The notes beneath the pieces were generated by a model. It was given only the letters and a program-made list of their open reading frames with translations, had not been told where the DNA came from and did not search any database. A program made the translations under genes and the position numbers. From Antedon mediterranea (Eukaryota; Animalia; Echinodermata), in assembly GCF_964355755.1 (NCBI RefSeq), contig NC_092672.1, positions 27,038,437-27,102,436 of the forward strand: DNA of 64,000 nt, written 5' to 3'. Positions 25,201 through 39,200 of this stretch are shown piece after piece (position 1 is the first letter of the stretch; each line of letters opens with the position of its first letter).

Positions 25201-28200
25201 GCGATTGTTTAAGGGTAATAGCGCCATGTCAATTCTTGTATTTTCCTTACAATTGGGAACGTTGTAACGTTTGCTCCCAATTTAAAAAGCAGATTTTTGT
25301 TATAATATTAGGAATTTTCGCCCTATGCCGTTGGTTTCTCTGTAAGATTTCCGAAAAAATTGTTAATACTGTAAATGGTTTCAATAATTTTTTTCTAACG
25401 TTGGACCTAACCTAGCCAAAAAAATAACAAGTCAATTTCCAAGTCATGATAGTCCCAATGATTACATTAAGAAACGTATTCCAAATTCTATTTTTTAGAG
25501 GCCACTTCCAAAGAAGTATTAATTACAGAAGTGAACTTATATTTAAGTCTAAAAATTCCAGCGGACATGGTGATGTACCTATGTCAATAGTTAAACCCAT
25601 TATATATGAAATCAGTGAGCCATTGACACATATTTATAATCGTTAACTTGAGACTGGCATTTTCCAAGATACCCTTAAGATTGCAAAAAGTGTTCCCATC
25701 TACAAAGCTGGGATAAAAGTAGTTTCTCAAATTATCGACCGATCCCCTTGTTGCCCAAATTTTCTAAAATTTTAGAAAATTATTTAACACCCGTCTGTTG
25801 AAATTTATAGACAAATTTGATATTTTATATTCAGGACAATTTGGTTTTAGAAAAAATATGTCCACCACTAGCCATGCATTGCTTCACTTTTCCGAGTTTA
25901 TGCTTAAAGAGATGGACAGGTCTAACTATACAATTGGAATTTTTATTGACTTAAAAAAGGCGTTTGATACCATCGACCACAATATCCTTATAAAAAAAAC
26001 TTGAAGCTTATGGTATTCGTGGAATTGCCAATAAATGGATGCAAAATTATCTTTCTAACAGAAAACAATTTTTAACAATACATTTTGATACCACCTCAGA
26101 ATTAACAGACATTTTATGTGGCATTCCACAGGGATCAATTTTGGGGCCCACTTTATTCTTTTTATATATTAATGACATTTGTAATGCTTCTTCCCTAATG
26201 AAATACACACTTTATTCTGATGATGATACAAATATACTTTTTTTCTGGTAAGAACCTGCAATTTATCTGTAATATTATTAATGATGAGCTAAAAAAATTA
26301 ATACTTGGTTTAAGGTAAATAAATTGACGTTGAACCATAGTAAGACAAAGTATATTATTTTCAGCTGCAAAAACAATTATGAACCGACACATTTAGTTAT
26401 TAGTGGTGTTGCAATTGAACGGGTAAATAAAATAAAGTTTTTATGAGTTGATTATTGATGGAAATTTAAATTGGAAGTGTCATATTGATTATATTCATTC
26501 CAAAATTTATTATTAATTTATTATTATTTATTATTTAAGTATTGGAATTATTTATAAAGTGAAACATTTACTAAATACACCAGCTTTATTTAAATTATAT
26601 AATTCATTAGTTTTGCCTTATTTTACATATTGTTGTGAAGTCTGGGGTAATACCTTTAGAACTAGTTTAAATTGTTTATACATAAATTATTACAAAAAAG
26701 GCACACAGACTTGTTATGAAAGCCAATGTTTTATTTTTTTTAAACTCTTGATCTTTATAATTTAATAAAACTATATACAGTTTCTCTAATGCATAAAGCT
26801 TTTCATAACTTACTCCCAGCGATTGTTCAAAATAATTTCATTTTATGCTCAGTTGTCCACGATAAATATACTCGACAAAAACACCAATTCTACCCACAAT
26901 TTAAAAGAACCACTCAAAAATCATAAACTATCTTTTTTTTTTGTTAAGATAAAAAAAAAAGATTGTTTGCATTTTCTTAAAAGTTACATTTTGCTTGCCT
27001 ATGACCTTTGTGCCATTTTTAGTCGCGTGGAAGCGACTCTATAGTTCACTATGTCGGTCGGTCGGTCTGTCTGTCGGTCTGTCTGTCGGTCTGTCTGTCT
27101 GTCGGTCCGGTATCACTATGCGTTTTATCGCTTTCTGACCTTATCTTGATATCAGTTTAATCTAGCTAGGTCAATTTTTCACAGTATATTCCTTATGGCC
27201 AGGAATCAATGTGGTTATGTTTTCACGGTGCGCAATAAAAAATTACGCGGTCTACGCACGATTTAACGAAATCACGTTTGTAATCATATCTTCACAACCA
27301 TGAATCACAATTAAATAAAATTTGGTACTCATAAATTTCAGGGCATAAATCATCATATGGCAATACAATTACGTGCGTAGCGCATGTAACGCATGCGTAC
27401 GCGCGCTTAACATTTTCAAAATTTATTTTCGATGAAATAAGAGTACATTTCAGGCAATTTTAAGCGTTTAAAAAATTGCCATGAGTGCGCATATTTTTGC
27501 GCGCGCACTGCGCGTTAAATGTTATTGCGCACTCTTTTTGCCCGATTTCTGTTTTCTTCACTTACTTTCAACTCGAAATTACGTTATACGAGCACGTCGA
27601 AAGTGACAGGCTACGCACGTGTAAATTTAAAAAAAATAAATGTTTTTAAACATTTCAACATTTTTAAACATGTTCAGTAATTTCGGTCAGTATAGTTCAC
27701 TATGTCGGTCGGTCGGTCTCTCTGTCTGTCTGTCGGTCTGTCTGTCGGTCTGTCTGTTGGTCTGTCTGTCGGTCCGGTATCACTATGCATTGTAGCACGC
27801 GACTTAATGGCTGTTGGCCTTGTTCATATTACTATTTATATATAGATACTATTTTGTAACAGGGGGTTTCTACTTATAAGCTGTGCTTCAGAGATTCCCC
27901 CTTTCCATTCATTCGTTTTGTAATGAATATTTATGTATGTTTCTATTTTTTGTTGTGAATGGAAATAAAGATACAAACAAACACACAATCTCTTCTCGTA
28001 TATATCACCTATTCTCTTTTCTGTCCAACATGACTTTGTCTCTGGCAGATCGTGTCAGACTAACCTTGCTATTCTATGTAATCAGTTGCTTATCAGTCTT
28101 TTGGGTTTAGAGAAACAATCTCAGTGTGATATTGTCAACACTGACTATTCAAAAGCATTCGATAAAGTATGACACGATATTATAAGTATCAGATACTTAC

Positions 28201-31033
28201 TTTATCACTTTTTTTTATTCAGTTCACAACCAACAGCGATGAAATCTAAACATAATACTATATTCATATTTGCAACAATAAGATAAACTTAGATTGGAAC
28301 ATAACAGAGATTAAAAAAAATTTACCCTTAAATACAATTTAAAAAATCAATATCCAAACAATTAACAAGCACACTATTAAATGTGTAACCGCTGAAAAAT
28401 ACTTCGTTTTGTGCATTCAACAACACGACCACAAGGAACGTGAAGCAAACACTTGCCTGCGAGTACGAGTTTGTATATTTAACTTAAACAAAGTAACAAG
28501 AGGACAATCATAAACAGAATTGAAAGAGTTGTTTAAAAATATCCTATCAAAAACAACTCTGCGATTTTCAAGACAAATAAGAGAAACATTATAATTATGA
28601 CAATATCAAAAAATACTCATTTTTATTACAACAATAACCTGTCTATTGATAGGTTTAACTTTCAAAAAGATCTGAAACTTAACTTTATTAAACATGTTGT
28701 TGCTAAGGGTAATAGAATGATGGGTATGCTTTGGCGTCACTGTAAATTGATAGTGTTACTAAACTTTTATTATTTCTTTTGTCCGATCGATTTTTTATTT
28801 TTCATCATTTCAATTTCGATCTCTCAATCAAATCGTATCGAACGTGTTCAATACAAATTTATTTATTTCATTAACTAAAACAATTCTGGTCTTCTAATCA
28901 TCTTCCTCTGCTTCATAATCGGAGAAGTTTTTTCGATTTGATTTTTTTCTTCAAATGCTTTAAACTCCTTTTTAAATTATAATTGTTGTCATTTTCTCTC
29001 TTAAAATTGATGTTCTAACTCTCACACTGACCTTTTCCCCTTGTCCGTTGTCGAACGTAACTAAAAATGATTTTAATCAAAGATTATCCAGGCTTTACAA
29101 TTTAATTTCTATTAAAGGTAAGACTATCGATATTTTTTTGACACTTTAGACCTAAAGTTCTTAAAGCAATAAAAAAAATACATATAGTGAAATACAAGAG
29201 AAAACAATATTTAGGTTTTTGTTTTCATTAGTGGCTTCCACATGTAACATGCCGATTGGTCTCGCTGATGACGTCCGAGACACAAGGTTTCCTGACTCAG
29301 CATTTTCAGCCAGCTCTTATGAAGGGGAGGGCCAAAGACCATCAAGAGGTCGACTGAATGCAATGCATGAAAGCTCTTCTAAAATGGGAGCATGGATGGC
29401 CAATGATCCTTGGATTCAAGTAGATTTGAAAGATGTCATTGACATCGGAGGCATAATTACACAAGGACAAAATGGTTATCCTTACTGGGTTACGAAGTTT
29501 CATGTTTCATTCTCAAAGGATGGAAAGACGTTTATCTACCTCAGACAAGCCGGTTCTAACAAAAAGGTTTCTTTACTCTACTTACTTGAACTTCATTTTT
29601 GATACGTGTCTATAATTACAATAATAAAGCCATATAGAATGGTAATACATAACATGATTGACATTTACCAAGAAATTATTACCTAGACAATGGGTTAATT
29701 TATTTAAACAGATATACTATATTAAATGTACGTTCTAACACAAAAAATACAAAATACCACAGAAAACTGTATTGGTCTCATATAAAAAATAAGAAGTTAA
29801 TTCGATGTTGGCAGCTCATAGAATTCATACACGCTTCTTAAAATATAATTAAAAGACAAATTGAGAATAAAACAAAACATTATCTGAACTATTTGTAGGG
29901 TTTTTCACAATGTTTTAGATCCTTTTTTTAATATGTGAGTTCCTACTCTGTTGACATCACTTTTGTTGAGTTTAGACTCTTTATATTAACCTCTTTGGTG
30001 GGAATATGCCAGTCATCAGCATCGTGTGGTAAATGTTTCATCCGAGGATTACTACTTTGATTTTATTTTATTAACCTACGGATTTTTAAAATGTTTACAT
30101 TTAAATAGGTGTTTACTGGGAACAATGATTCAGACACACAACGCACCAACTACTTTGAAAATAAGATTACCGCTCGTTATATACGGATTCATCCAAAGGA
30201 ATGGTATGGAGCTACTAGTCTTAGGTTTGAACTTCTTTCCTGTAACTGGTAAGTAGGCCTATACTCGTTTTCTTCTCTGTATGATACTGACATCATGCCT
30301 GTGTCAAAATAATCAAGTGGTTAAAAAAGCAATCTTAGGCCTACGTGGAAAGGTCTCTGGTAACTAACCTAACGGACCAATCATGTTACTATAAACAGGT
30401 CTAGTAATTAGTGTCGATATTATTGGGTGGAAAAGACGTTTTCTCACAAATATATTAGAACCCTTAACTTTACCCTTTCAGAAAGTAAAATCACTGAGTA
30501 AAGTCAAGATAGTGTAGTATCTTCTACACTACCTTTGGTGATGAGCTTGATATTTCGGCTCATGTTAAAAGAATACAGATTTTATTTGTTATTTTTGAAA
30601 TTATCAATGAACCGATTTTCTTGACATTCAATACTATTGACAATATGCATGTTCTGTAAGTACCGTAGCCTATGTTTCCACCAAAACATTCAGGATGATA
30701 ACTTGAAAATTGCCATCGTCCAAACAAACAAACAAACAAATAAACCAAAACACACAAATAAAGTAGTACGTTTTATACTTAGCAAAAGTACTATTTTGCC
30801 AGGTAATAAAGTAAATTCTAAACAGGAAAGAATGAAATTCTAAGCATGAATGAATGTAGTGTATACTGATTCTAAGATTGTTTCTTCGAAGGAAAAGTGA
30901 TAAAATCAATTTATTTGCTCTTCCACCTGAATATTATCACTCTTGCCTGATGTAAATATTTATTTGACAAGTAATGCAGCTTATCCTCAATGAGACATTA
31001 TGAATTATTTCTTTCGTAATCTATTTTTTCAGA
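22255..31033 (+). CDS. Secreted protein with two tandem F5/8 type C domains, 335 aa. Exons 22255-22315, 22946-23283, 23754-23886, 29232-29566, 30109-30248, 31033- (stop TG|A split by an intron)
   Basis: Signal peptide plus two complete discoidin domains; intron phases 1,0,1,0,2 all consistent; no internal stops in the spliced model. Confidence 0.85.
24050..29170 (+). mobile_element. Decayed nested LINEs in the inter-domain intron: an outer CR1-like element and an inner L2/CR1-like RT at ~25360-27980
   Basis: Fragments NARSIKNK, VGDFNLP, QFGFRK, DLKKAFDTIDH, GIPQGSILGP, LPYFTYCCEVWG, KGNRMMGML; many frameshifts. Boundaries approximate. Confidence 0.7.
27019..27824 (+). mobile_element. Helentron-associated (HINE/DINE-1-like) non-autonomous element
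   Basis: T-run, then subterminal IR AGTCGCGTG...CACGCGACT, (GTCT/GTCG)n microsatellites, CTTGTT end. Absent from the paralogous site at ~40690 (CCATTTTTCAT); no TSD beyond TT. Confidence 0.85.
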
Positions 31034-31652
31034 TAAATAGAACGGCAAAACAAACTACTGTCAAGGTACGAACGTCTGACCCACAGTGAATTAACTAATC
31101 ATCAAATAGTAGAGTAGTATTAGTACTATGAATTATGGAAAATCGTGATATTTAACAGCTAAATTAAATTATAAAATGTTTAAACAATTATTGTGACGGT
31201 GAAATTATTAATTAGAAAAAAACAAATAGGCATAAAACATAAATTATATATGTCAAATATTGCATTTTAAATCACGGATTTAACTTGATGTATTGTTTCT
31301 GAATGTGTAAATGCATTTGGGAGTCATACAGTTTGAATTATGAAATATAAATTACATATTAATTGTATTGAATGAAATTTAATTAAATATTATGAATAAT
31401 GTAGAAATACAATTTTAGAACTTGTTTTTTTGTTGTCTTTGTATGTCTCCACTACTCAATCATTTCGTTTTTAACCTTGGAATAAAATAAAATAAAAACA
31501 CACAAACAAACGAAGGAACAAAACAATTGAAAGGCGATGTTATTAATAGGTGTACAATACATTAGTTTTATATTAACGAAAGCGGCCATTTTAACGAACA
31601 CTATACATCCTGATATAAATCAATGTTTAGCGCCAGTAGTTGGTCCCGATCA

Positions 31653-34174
31653 ACGAGCCACCCTTTAGAGAAAATCCAGCTATAACACAGAATAATACCC
31701 CCCTGATTACAATATTAGAAGTTATAGATAGCATTAAACGATTTCTGGACCTCTATTGTGTAACAATTTACCCCCCTCAATTTCCTGTGCTGCTAACCGC
31801 TATTCATTCAATAATAAAATTAAAAATTACCTTTTGTCTCATTACTGATCCATCTGTTTGATATGTTTATCATTCATTTGTAATCATATTCGCTATATGC
31901 CATGCAGCTGTACTTTTTTCTGTTCTTTTTTTTAAACTTTTTATTCCAACTTTTATCTACTGGTTTTATTAATATTTTTTATTTCTTTATTGTTTAATTA
32001 ATTTATTTTCTTTATTTATATTTTTTTCTTCTCTTAATTTAAATATGTAGGCCCTCAAAGCAATCCCGTCACAAGATTATAATCTTTTTGGGATTTGCCG
32101 TCGTCCATTTTCTTGTTTTATCACTTGCCATTTTGTTTTTGTTACTTTTGTCTTTTGGACGTGAATAAATGTTCTTTGAATTGAACTGAAAAAAAATCAT
32201 CTTAAATTAAATAAATCACCAGAAATTTATAGTTTAACACCTAATATTTTTAAGACCCTACCTACTAATATTTTACAAATAATTAATAACATTTTTAATT
32301 TTATTATTAAATCTAGTAATTATCCAGACAATTGGACAACTGGAATTTTAGTTCCCTTCTATAAAGGGAATGACCCAAATAACGTAAACAATTACAGACC
32401 CATTACTTTATTACCTATTTTTAACAAAACATTTACATGGATAGAAAAACGAATCAAAGAATGGGTAGAACAAAATAATATTATACCAGAAGAACAAGTA
32501 GGGTTCAGAAAGGGATATAGCACAACCGACACTTTAGTTAAAAAGGCCTTAAATAAGAAAAGGTGTAAACTTTATTGTGTATTTGTTGATTTCAAGCAAG
32601 CGTTTGATAGTATTAGTAGAATTATTTTATTTACTAAAATTAAACAAATGGGTCTTCCTTTATACATTTATAATATTATAAGAGCAATATATAAGGATGT
32701 AAATATTAAAATTAAAATACAACATGGACTAACAAATAGTTTTAAAAGCACCACAAGACTTAAACTAGGCTCTCTTCTATCGCCCATATTATTTATTATG
32801 TTTCTTTATGACTTAAAACAATTTTTATTAGAAAATGATTTACATTTCTGTTCAATAGGTCATCTCGCACTTAATATGTGCAGATGACCTTATGCGCATT
32901 TCATACTAAAAAATCGGAATTCCAAAACAAATAAATCAATTACAGAAATATTTCACAGAAAATAGCCTCACTATCAATAATGCAAAATCAAAAATAATGG
33001 TTTTCAGAAAAGGAGGAAAATTAAGTAACGATGATAAATTTTCGCTAAATGGAAATGATATAGAAATTGTAAATAATTTTAAATATTTAGGTTTCACCCT
33101 TAACAGCCAAGGTAAATGGAACACCATGGAAAAAGTCACAACAGACAAGACAAAAAGAGCCATGTTTAATTCAAGAAGGAAATTATCTGATTTAGGTTAC
33201 AATTCTGTTAAAATTAAGAAAAAGCTATTTGAGACAAAGATCCTCCCTATTATCTTATATGGATGCGAAATATGGGGGCATATAGAAGGAAAAGAAATTG
33301 AAAATATCCATCTTAAGCATTGTAAATATACATTAAATGTCCAGCAGTCGTGTCCCAACGAGGAGGCCAGAAGTGAATTAGGCCATATCCAATTAAAGTA
33401 GTACAGACATATTAGAATGATAAGTTACTGGATTAAAATATTAATGATAGAAGACACAAGACTACCAAAAATATGCCTTCTTCAACAAAAGTCCTGGGCC
33501 CAGAAGGGAAGCGACTGCTGGGAACTCTAAATGTTAAATATATTCTTAACTATTACGGATTTAATTATATTTTTTATTTAAATGATATAAATAATAATTT
33601 CTTACAAAATTTGAGCCAGATGGTATACGATACAGCTTTACAGAACGGAAGAGAAAGTCTCCAACAAAACCCACGTTTGCGATTTTATAATTATTTTAAA
33701 GCTGATTATGTTACAGAAGACTATTTACATGATTTAAATTTTAAGTTTAGGACACTTTTATCAAGATTTTGTTTATCAACACAAAATTTATTTATTGAGA
33801 AGGGAAGACATCTTAAATAAATTAGAGAAAATAGAATCTGTTTATTTTGTAATACTGGTGAAATTGAAGACGAATTGCATTTTTTATTTAGTTGTTCTTT
33901 ATACAACAACCTGAGACAGAAATAAATTAAAATCAAAAATCAAAATATATATACCTATTTGAATTATGTATTTATAAAATAAAAGAGAAATAAGACTGTT
34001 TGCTATATACATTGAAAAAAGTTTTAACTTAAGGAATGTCCAAATCAAGAGAAATAATTTTATTTTAATGTTTTAGAAAATGCATAAGTTTAAGAAACTA
34101 TCGCATAAATATTGATTAATGTTATTATGTAATATGGACCGAAGGCCAAAATTACGAATAAAGAAAGAAAAAAA
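31653..34174 (+). mobile_element. Duplicated copy of the RTE-X-like LINE (RT core retained but frameshifted), with a ~460-bp LINE-tail insertion at ~31740-32197
   Basis: FVDFKQAFDS, LGSLLSPILF, FKYLG, ILYGCEIWG; TSD GATCA at 31648-31652 and 34175-34179. Confidence 0.85.
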
Positions 34175-35150
34175 GATCATATTCCCCTGTCAGCAACAAA
34201 CAATCCCCACATTTGACCAATCAGAGCATAGATTTAGTTTCAGTCTAAATTATTAATTACCAGTACCCGGCGTAATAGTAGGGAGGCCAATGTGAGCTTT
34301 TCCATCATAGGGAGAATTTTCTGGTAATAGTTGGCAACCATGTGGAATATATCCCTTATGGGATGACAAAAAAGATAGAGGTGGATGCCACTCTCAAATT
34401 TCAGGTCAAATGTCATTTTCAAGGTTATAATGTCAAATATGGTACAATAGGGGTTTAAGCTGTTTTCAACAACATATAAGCCAATTAAAAGAAATGTAAC
34501 CATTATTGGATCATTATTGACATTGCGGAAGATTATCAATTCATCAATTTTTCAACTTACAAGTTTAAAGGTCATTTTCAAGGTCAAATAAAGCACAAAC
34601 CTGTTAAATAATCGGTATTAATAATTGAAATAAATATAATTTTCATGAGGATAGCATGGGGCTGATGGTTATAGTGTGGTGTCAAAAAGATCAGAATTGT
34701 ACTCGGAAGATTTTAAACTTAAAAGCATTTGAATCACTCCTGGAAGTGGGAGATGAGTCCTAGAGTATAAAAATAACCGATTGGAATGTCTTAAATTACA
34801 TTAAAACCGTCACAGAGGGGTTGTGAGTTGAGAGTAATGGGCCCATTTTAAGTGTTTCCTTTAGCCTAAGTGAATACAAGGGAAATACAGTACTTAAATA
34901 TTTATTGAGTAAAGTGAAATACTTAATATTTAAGGGAAATAATCACTTTAGTGTGATTGGTAAAATACGGCCACTGAGTCTAGTTAGATGTAGCATTTCA
35001 AGACCCTCCAAAGACTATGTCTGTTATACAGTTTTCTTCTCAAGAGTACCATATATTTGGCAATTAAACTTTTCTATGTACTGTAAGTGCAAATTCTTAA
35101 TCTTATTCAATTCCATTTATAAGGAGTGGATGCGTTACGGACGTTTTCCA

Positions 35151-35448
35151 TTTTATTTATTTGTTTACACCTTATTTATAGAGGGTGACCCTAAATAGCG
35201 TATGCTGACAATCGATTACCCTCTTGATGAGTGACAATGGCTGTGTGTATACTAGTACACCGGGGTAAACCCCTACTCGTCTCGAAAGATGTACTTGGCT
35301 CACTGGACCTACGGTTTAGGCCTAGTCCTTATCCGAGAAGACTCATTCTACCACCAGAGCCATGGAGTGAGTGAGACTCGAACCCCTGCCGATTTTAATA
35401 TGGCAATGTATTACGGTTCCACTGTCTTAACCACTTGGCCACCCACTC
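35151..35448 (-). mobile_element. Duplicated Deu/Nin-domain SINE
   Basis: Near-identical to 21190-21487. Confidence 0.7.
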
Positions 35449-36134
35449 ACTCACTCCAGTATGAAAAGGCACGGAAGCTGATTATTCTTACTAGGGTTTC
35501 AGTCACTTTGCTATTCACTATACCATGCATCGTCTATACTTTAGTAGGATATACGGTATATTGGAGTTACAAAGTGCATAGGCCTATAATTACCATATAT
35601 AGCATATCATCAACTTTTAGGTATAAGCACAATCTTTGTCATTGACATAGAAGAATATCATTACTCCTTGTTGGTCTTGCATTCTGAAAATCCAGGAGAC
35701 GAGGAGAAGGTTGTGCACAAGTCTCCATTTTTGGCGGAAAAATGTTATCCATCGTTTGTCGCAGTTCCACATACACCCACAAAAATTGAATATTAATAGG
35801 ATTTTCTTTCAAGCAAAAATTACAAACTTCGTGTTTGACGAGTTCCACAAAATGCAGTAATGTTGTACCTAAAGTATATGCCTCCTCTTGAAATACATTA
35901 CTGAAAATCTATAACTAATTGGGATTCATGACAATACAAATAGATTATATTTTCATGTCATAATTGTTGCGAGACAGATTTTTTTTAAATATAAAAAGCA
36001 AATAAGTCGAGGCCTGTGTGTTCTTCAGTCAGCATTTATTTCTAAAATCCTGGACACGCCACTGCTATGAATATTTACCAATAATATTATAATATTCACG
36101 GTGTTTTTTAGAGTGTTGCTCTTTAAATTGAAGG

Positions 36135-36142
36135 TATAAAAG
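36135..36142 (+). promoter_or_regulatory. TATA box of discoidin gene 3
   Basis: TATAAAAG 86 nt upstream of ATG 36221. Confidence 0.65.
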
Positions 36143-36220
36143 TTGTACCACTTATTACAAATGCCATTAAGTTTTGAAAACACGGTACTTTGATAAAGCA
36201 ATCATTCAACTATAATCAAG

Positions 36221-39200
36221 ATGTTTATATCAACTGTGATAGCATTTATCATCTACTCATTCATATTTTGTGAAGGACAAGGTAAAATATCAATTTTTCT
36301 ACTTTTCATACATATACATGAGTGCTGTTGTTCACTAAGGTATTGGAATATTATGCCTAGTCAAATTCCATTCCATATTATGTTTTTAATATATTACAGG
36401 TTGTCTTGTATTTGTAGGAAAAGAAAACACTTTATCCCTCTATTTCTTCTGCACCGCCCTCTTCAACAACACTGTGATACTACATGTTCTCCGAGGAAAC
36501 CCTTATTTGCACAATGTACTATATAGGCTAGTGTTATTATGATGTTTAAAATAAGATTATTTTATATCGTGAATGTTGTGCATTTATAATAAACTTATGT
36601 TTGTATAACTTAAAATATTACAGTACATCTTTCATTAGTATCCACATAATATTGTTTCAGTATCGCAATTCAATAGTTAAATATTTGATCAGGGTGGTAA
36701 CTTAGTAGGCCTAACATAATCATGTAAATTTTACATTTATTCATTCAGTTACAAATCCACATTAAAATGCATCACAATCATCATTATACTATACGTTTAA
36801 GTAATTTCAAGTAAGCTCATACATTTTTTTTTGTAATCTAAAATTCTTTCATTTTTACTGTGATTTTTATATCTCTAAAATACAAGAGAAAATAATATTT
36901 AGCTTTTTGTTTACATTAGTGGCTTCCACATGTAGTAACATGCCGATTGGTCTCGCTGCTGACGTCCAAAGCACAAAGTTTCCTGATTCAGCATTTTCAG
37001 CCAGCTCTTATGAAAGTTATGGCCAAAGACCATCAAGAGGTAGATTGAATGCAAAGCATGAGGACGATAATAATATGGGAGCGTGGATGACCAACAATGA
37101 TCCGTGGATTCAAGTATATTTGAAAGATGTCATTGAAATCGGAGGCATAATTACACAAGGACAAAATGGTGCTAGTAACTGGGTTACGAAGTTTCAAGTT
37201 TCATACTCAAAGGATGGAAAAGTGTTTTTCTACGTCAAACAAGCCGGTTCTAACAATGAGGTGTCTTTACTCTACTTTATTTTTGATACGTTTCTATAAT
37301 TACAATAATAAAGCCATATAGATTGGTAATCATAACATGATTGACATTTACCGAGAAATTATTACTTTATTTTAATTGACAATGCGTTAATTTTATTTAA
37401 ACATTTTAAACGTTCTAATACAAAAAATACAGACAACAGTCTCATATGGAAAACATCATACATGTTTGACAGCTCATACAATTCATACACACTTAAAATA
37501 TATAAAGACAAATTGAGAATATATTATAAAACAAAACAGTATCTGTACAATTTGTAGGGTTCTTCACAATAATTTAGATCCTTATTTTGCTGGTTTTTAG
37601 TTCTGACTCCAATTATTCCAGTCATTAGCATCGTGTGATAGCTGTCTCTTCCGAATATAACTAATTTAATTTTAATTTGTAAGCTGTGTTTTTTAAAAAA
37701 ATATTTACATTTAAATAGGTCTTTACTGGGAACACTGATTCAGACACAGACAAACGCAACGACTTTAAGTCGATTTTCGCCCGTTACATACGGATTCATC
37801 CAAAGGACTGGAATGGAGCTACTAGTCTCAGGTTTGAACTTCTTTCCTGTGGTAAGTATATACTCGTTTTACTTCTACATCATGCTTGCGCATCAATTGC
37901 TAATGGCCCAGTAACAAAATAGCAGCCGTCTAAAACAGAAAAAAAAAGGAGTAAATCCAAAAACATCGACAAACCAAGCCAGTACTATCCTAATCATGTT
38001 GCTTGTTTACGAGAACTCGTTTTTTTTCTGGTGACGTTGAAACTAACCCAGGACCAAAGGAAGTTAAATGTCTACTTTTAAAACGCGCGTAGCATTAAAA
38101 ATAAAATGCATTTTAGACCACCAAAAACAAACTTCTTCATCAATCTCTTAATATAAGCTAATACTTGAATCCACAAAGCCTGAATTGTGCTAGTCGGTGA
38201 TTTTCAGTGGAATGACGACGGTAGCCATACTTATAAATCCAACTCTGCTAGTATGTTTGTTTTCTGACCAAATTCTTAATCCTTTTAACCTTTCCTAATA
38301 TAATTTTGTAATACTAGTATTTTAGATCTTTTACTTTGTAATAATAATTTTAAATACAATTGTAATGTTTCCATTGATGACTCGATCGTCTTTGAGTCTG
38401 ATCATGAGTCCCTTCATATTAAGTTTGATATTGATTCCTGTTCTCGAGATAGTCATACTTTTAGGACTATTTAAAATTGTTCTAAAACTAATTGGGCTGT
38501 TATGTGCAATCTTTTTGATATATGTACCTTGGGATATCCTCAAGAGCTTTAATGATGTCTGTCTGGATGTGTTTTATAATTTTGTCTCATCTACTATTAA
38601 AGATATGGTTCCCACTATTACCCCCAACGGTTCGATAACAACTTTCGCAAAGCTTTAAATATTAAAGAAAATAGGCGTAAATTATATAGACAATATCGTA
38701 CTGAATTTCATAACAATGAATTTATCTATGCTCGTAGACATTTTAAACAACTTTGTAGAGTTTAAGTATCAAGAACCCTACATTTAAGAGTAACTATAAA
38801 CAAACAGCCCCAACCATACTCAAGTATGGAGCTACTGAAGCTTGCAAACCTAATGATATTGATGAAGCCAATTTTGTATAATTTATTTGCTAGCTCTAAT
38901 GATGTTAAGATTACTATACTACCTTTCCTGATTTTGCTGAATATCCCCTTGATACTCTTTCTAATTTTTCTGTCAATTCTATTGAGGTTGTTGCAAATAC
39001 TTCTCAAGAATTAATCCCCATAAAGCGTTTGGCTGCGATAGGTTATGGAGAGTCGGTATTTTAAAGTAATTAAGTGCTAGGTCATAACAAATATACTCAG
39101 GCCCTAGAATGATTCTAAGGGCTCTTTTTTGGAGTTTCTCTATTTGGAGCGATTGTTTAAGGGTAATAGCGCCATGCCAATTCTTGTATTTTCTTTACAA

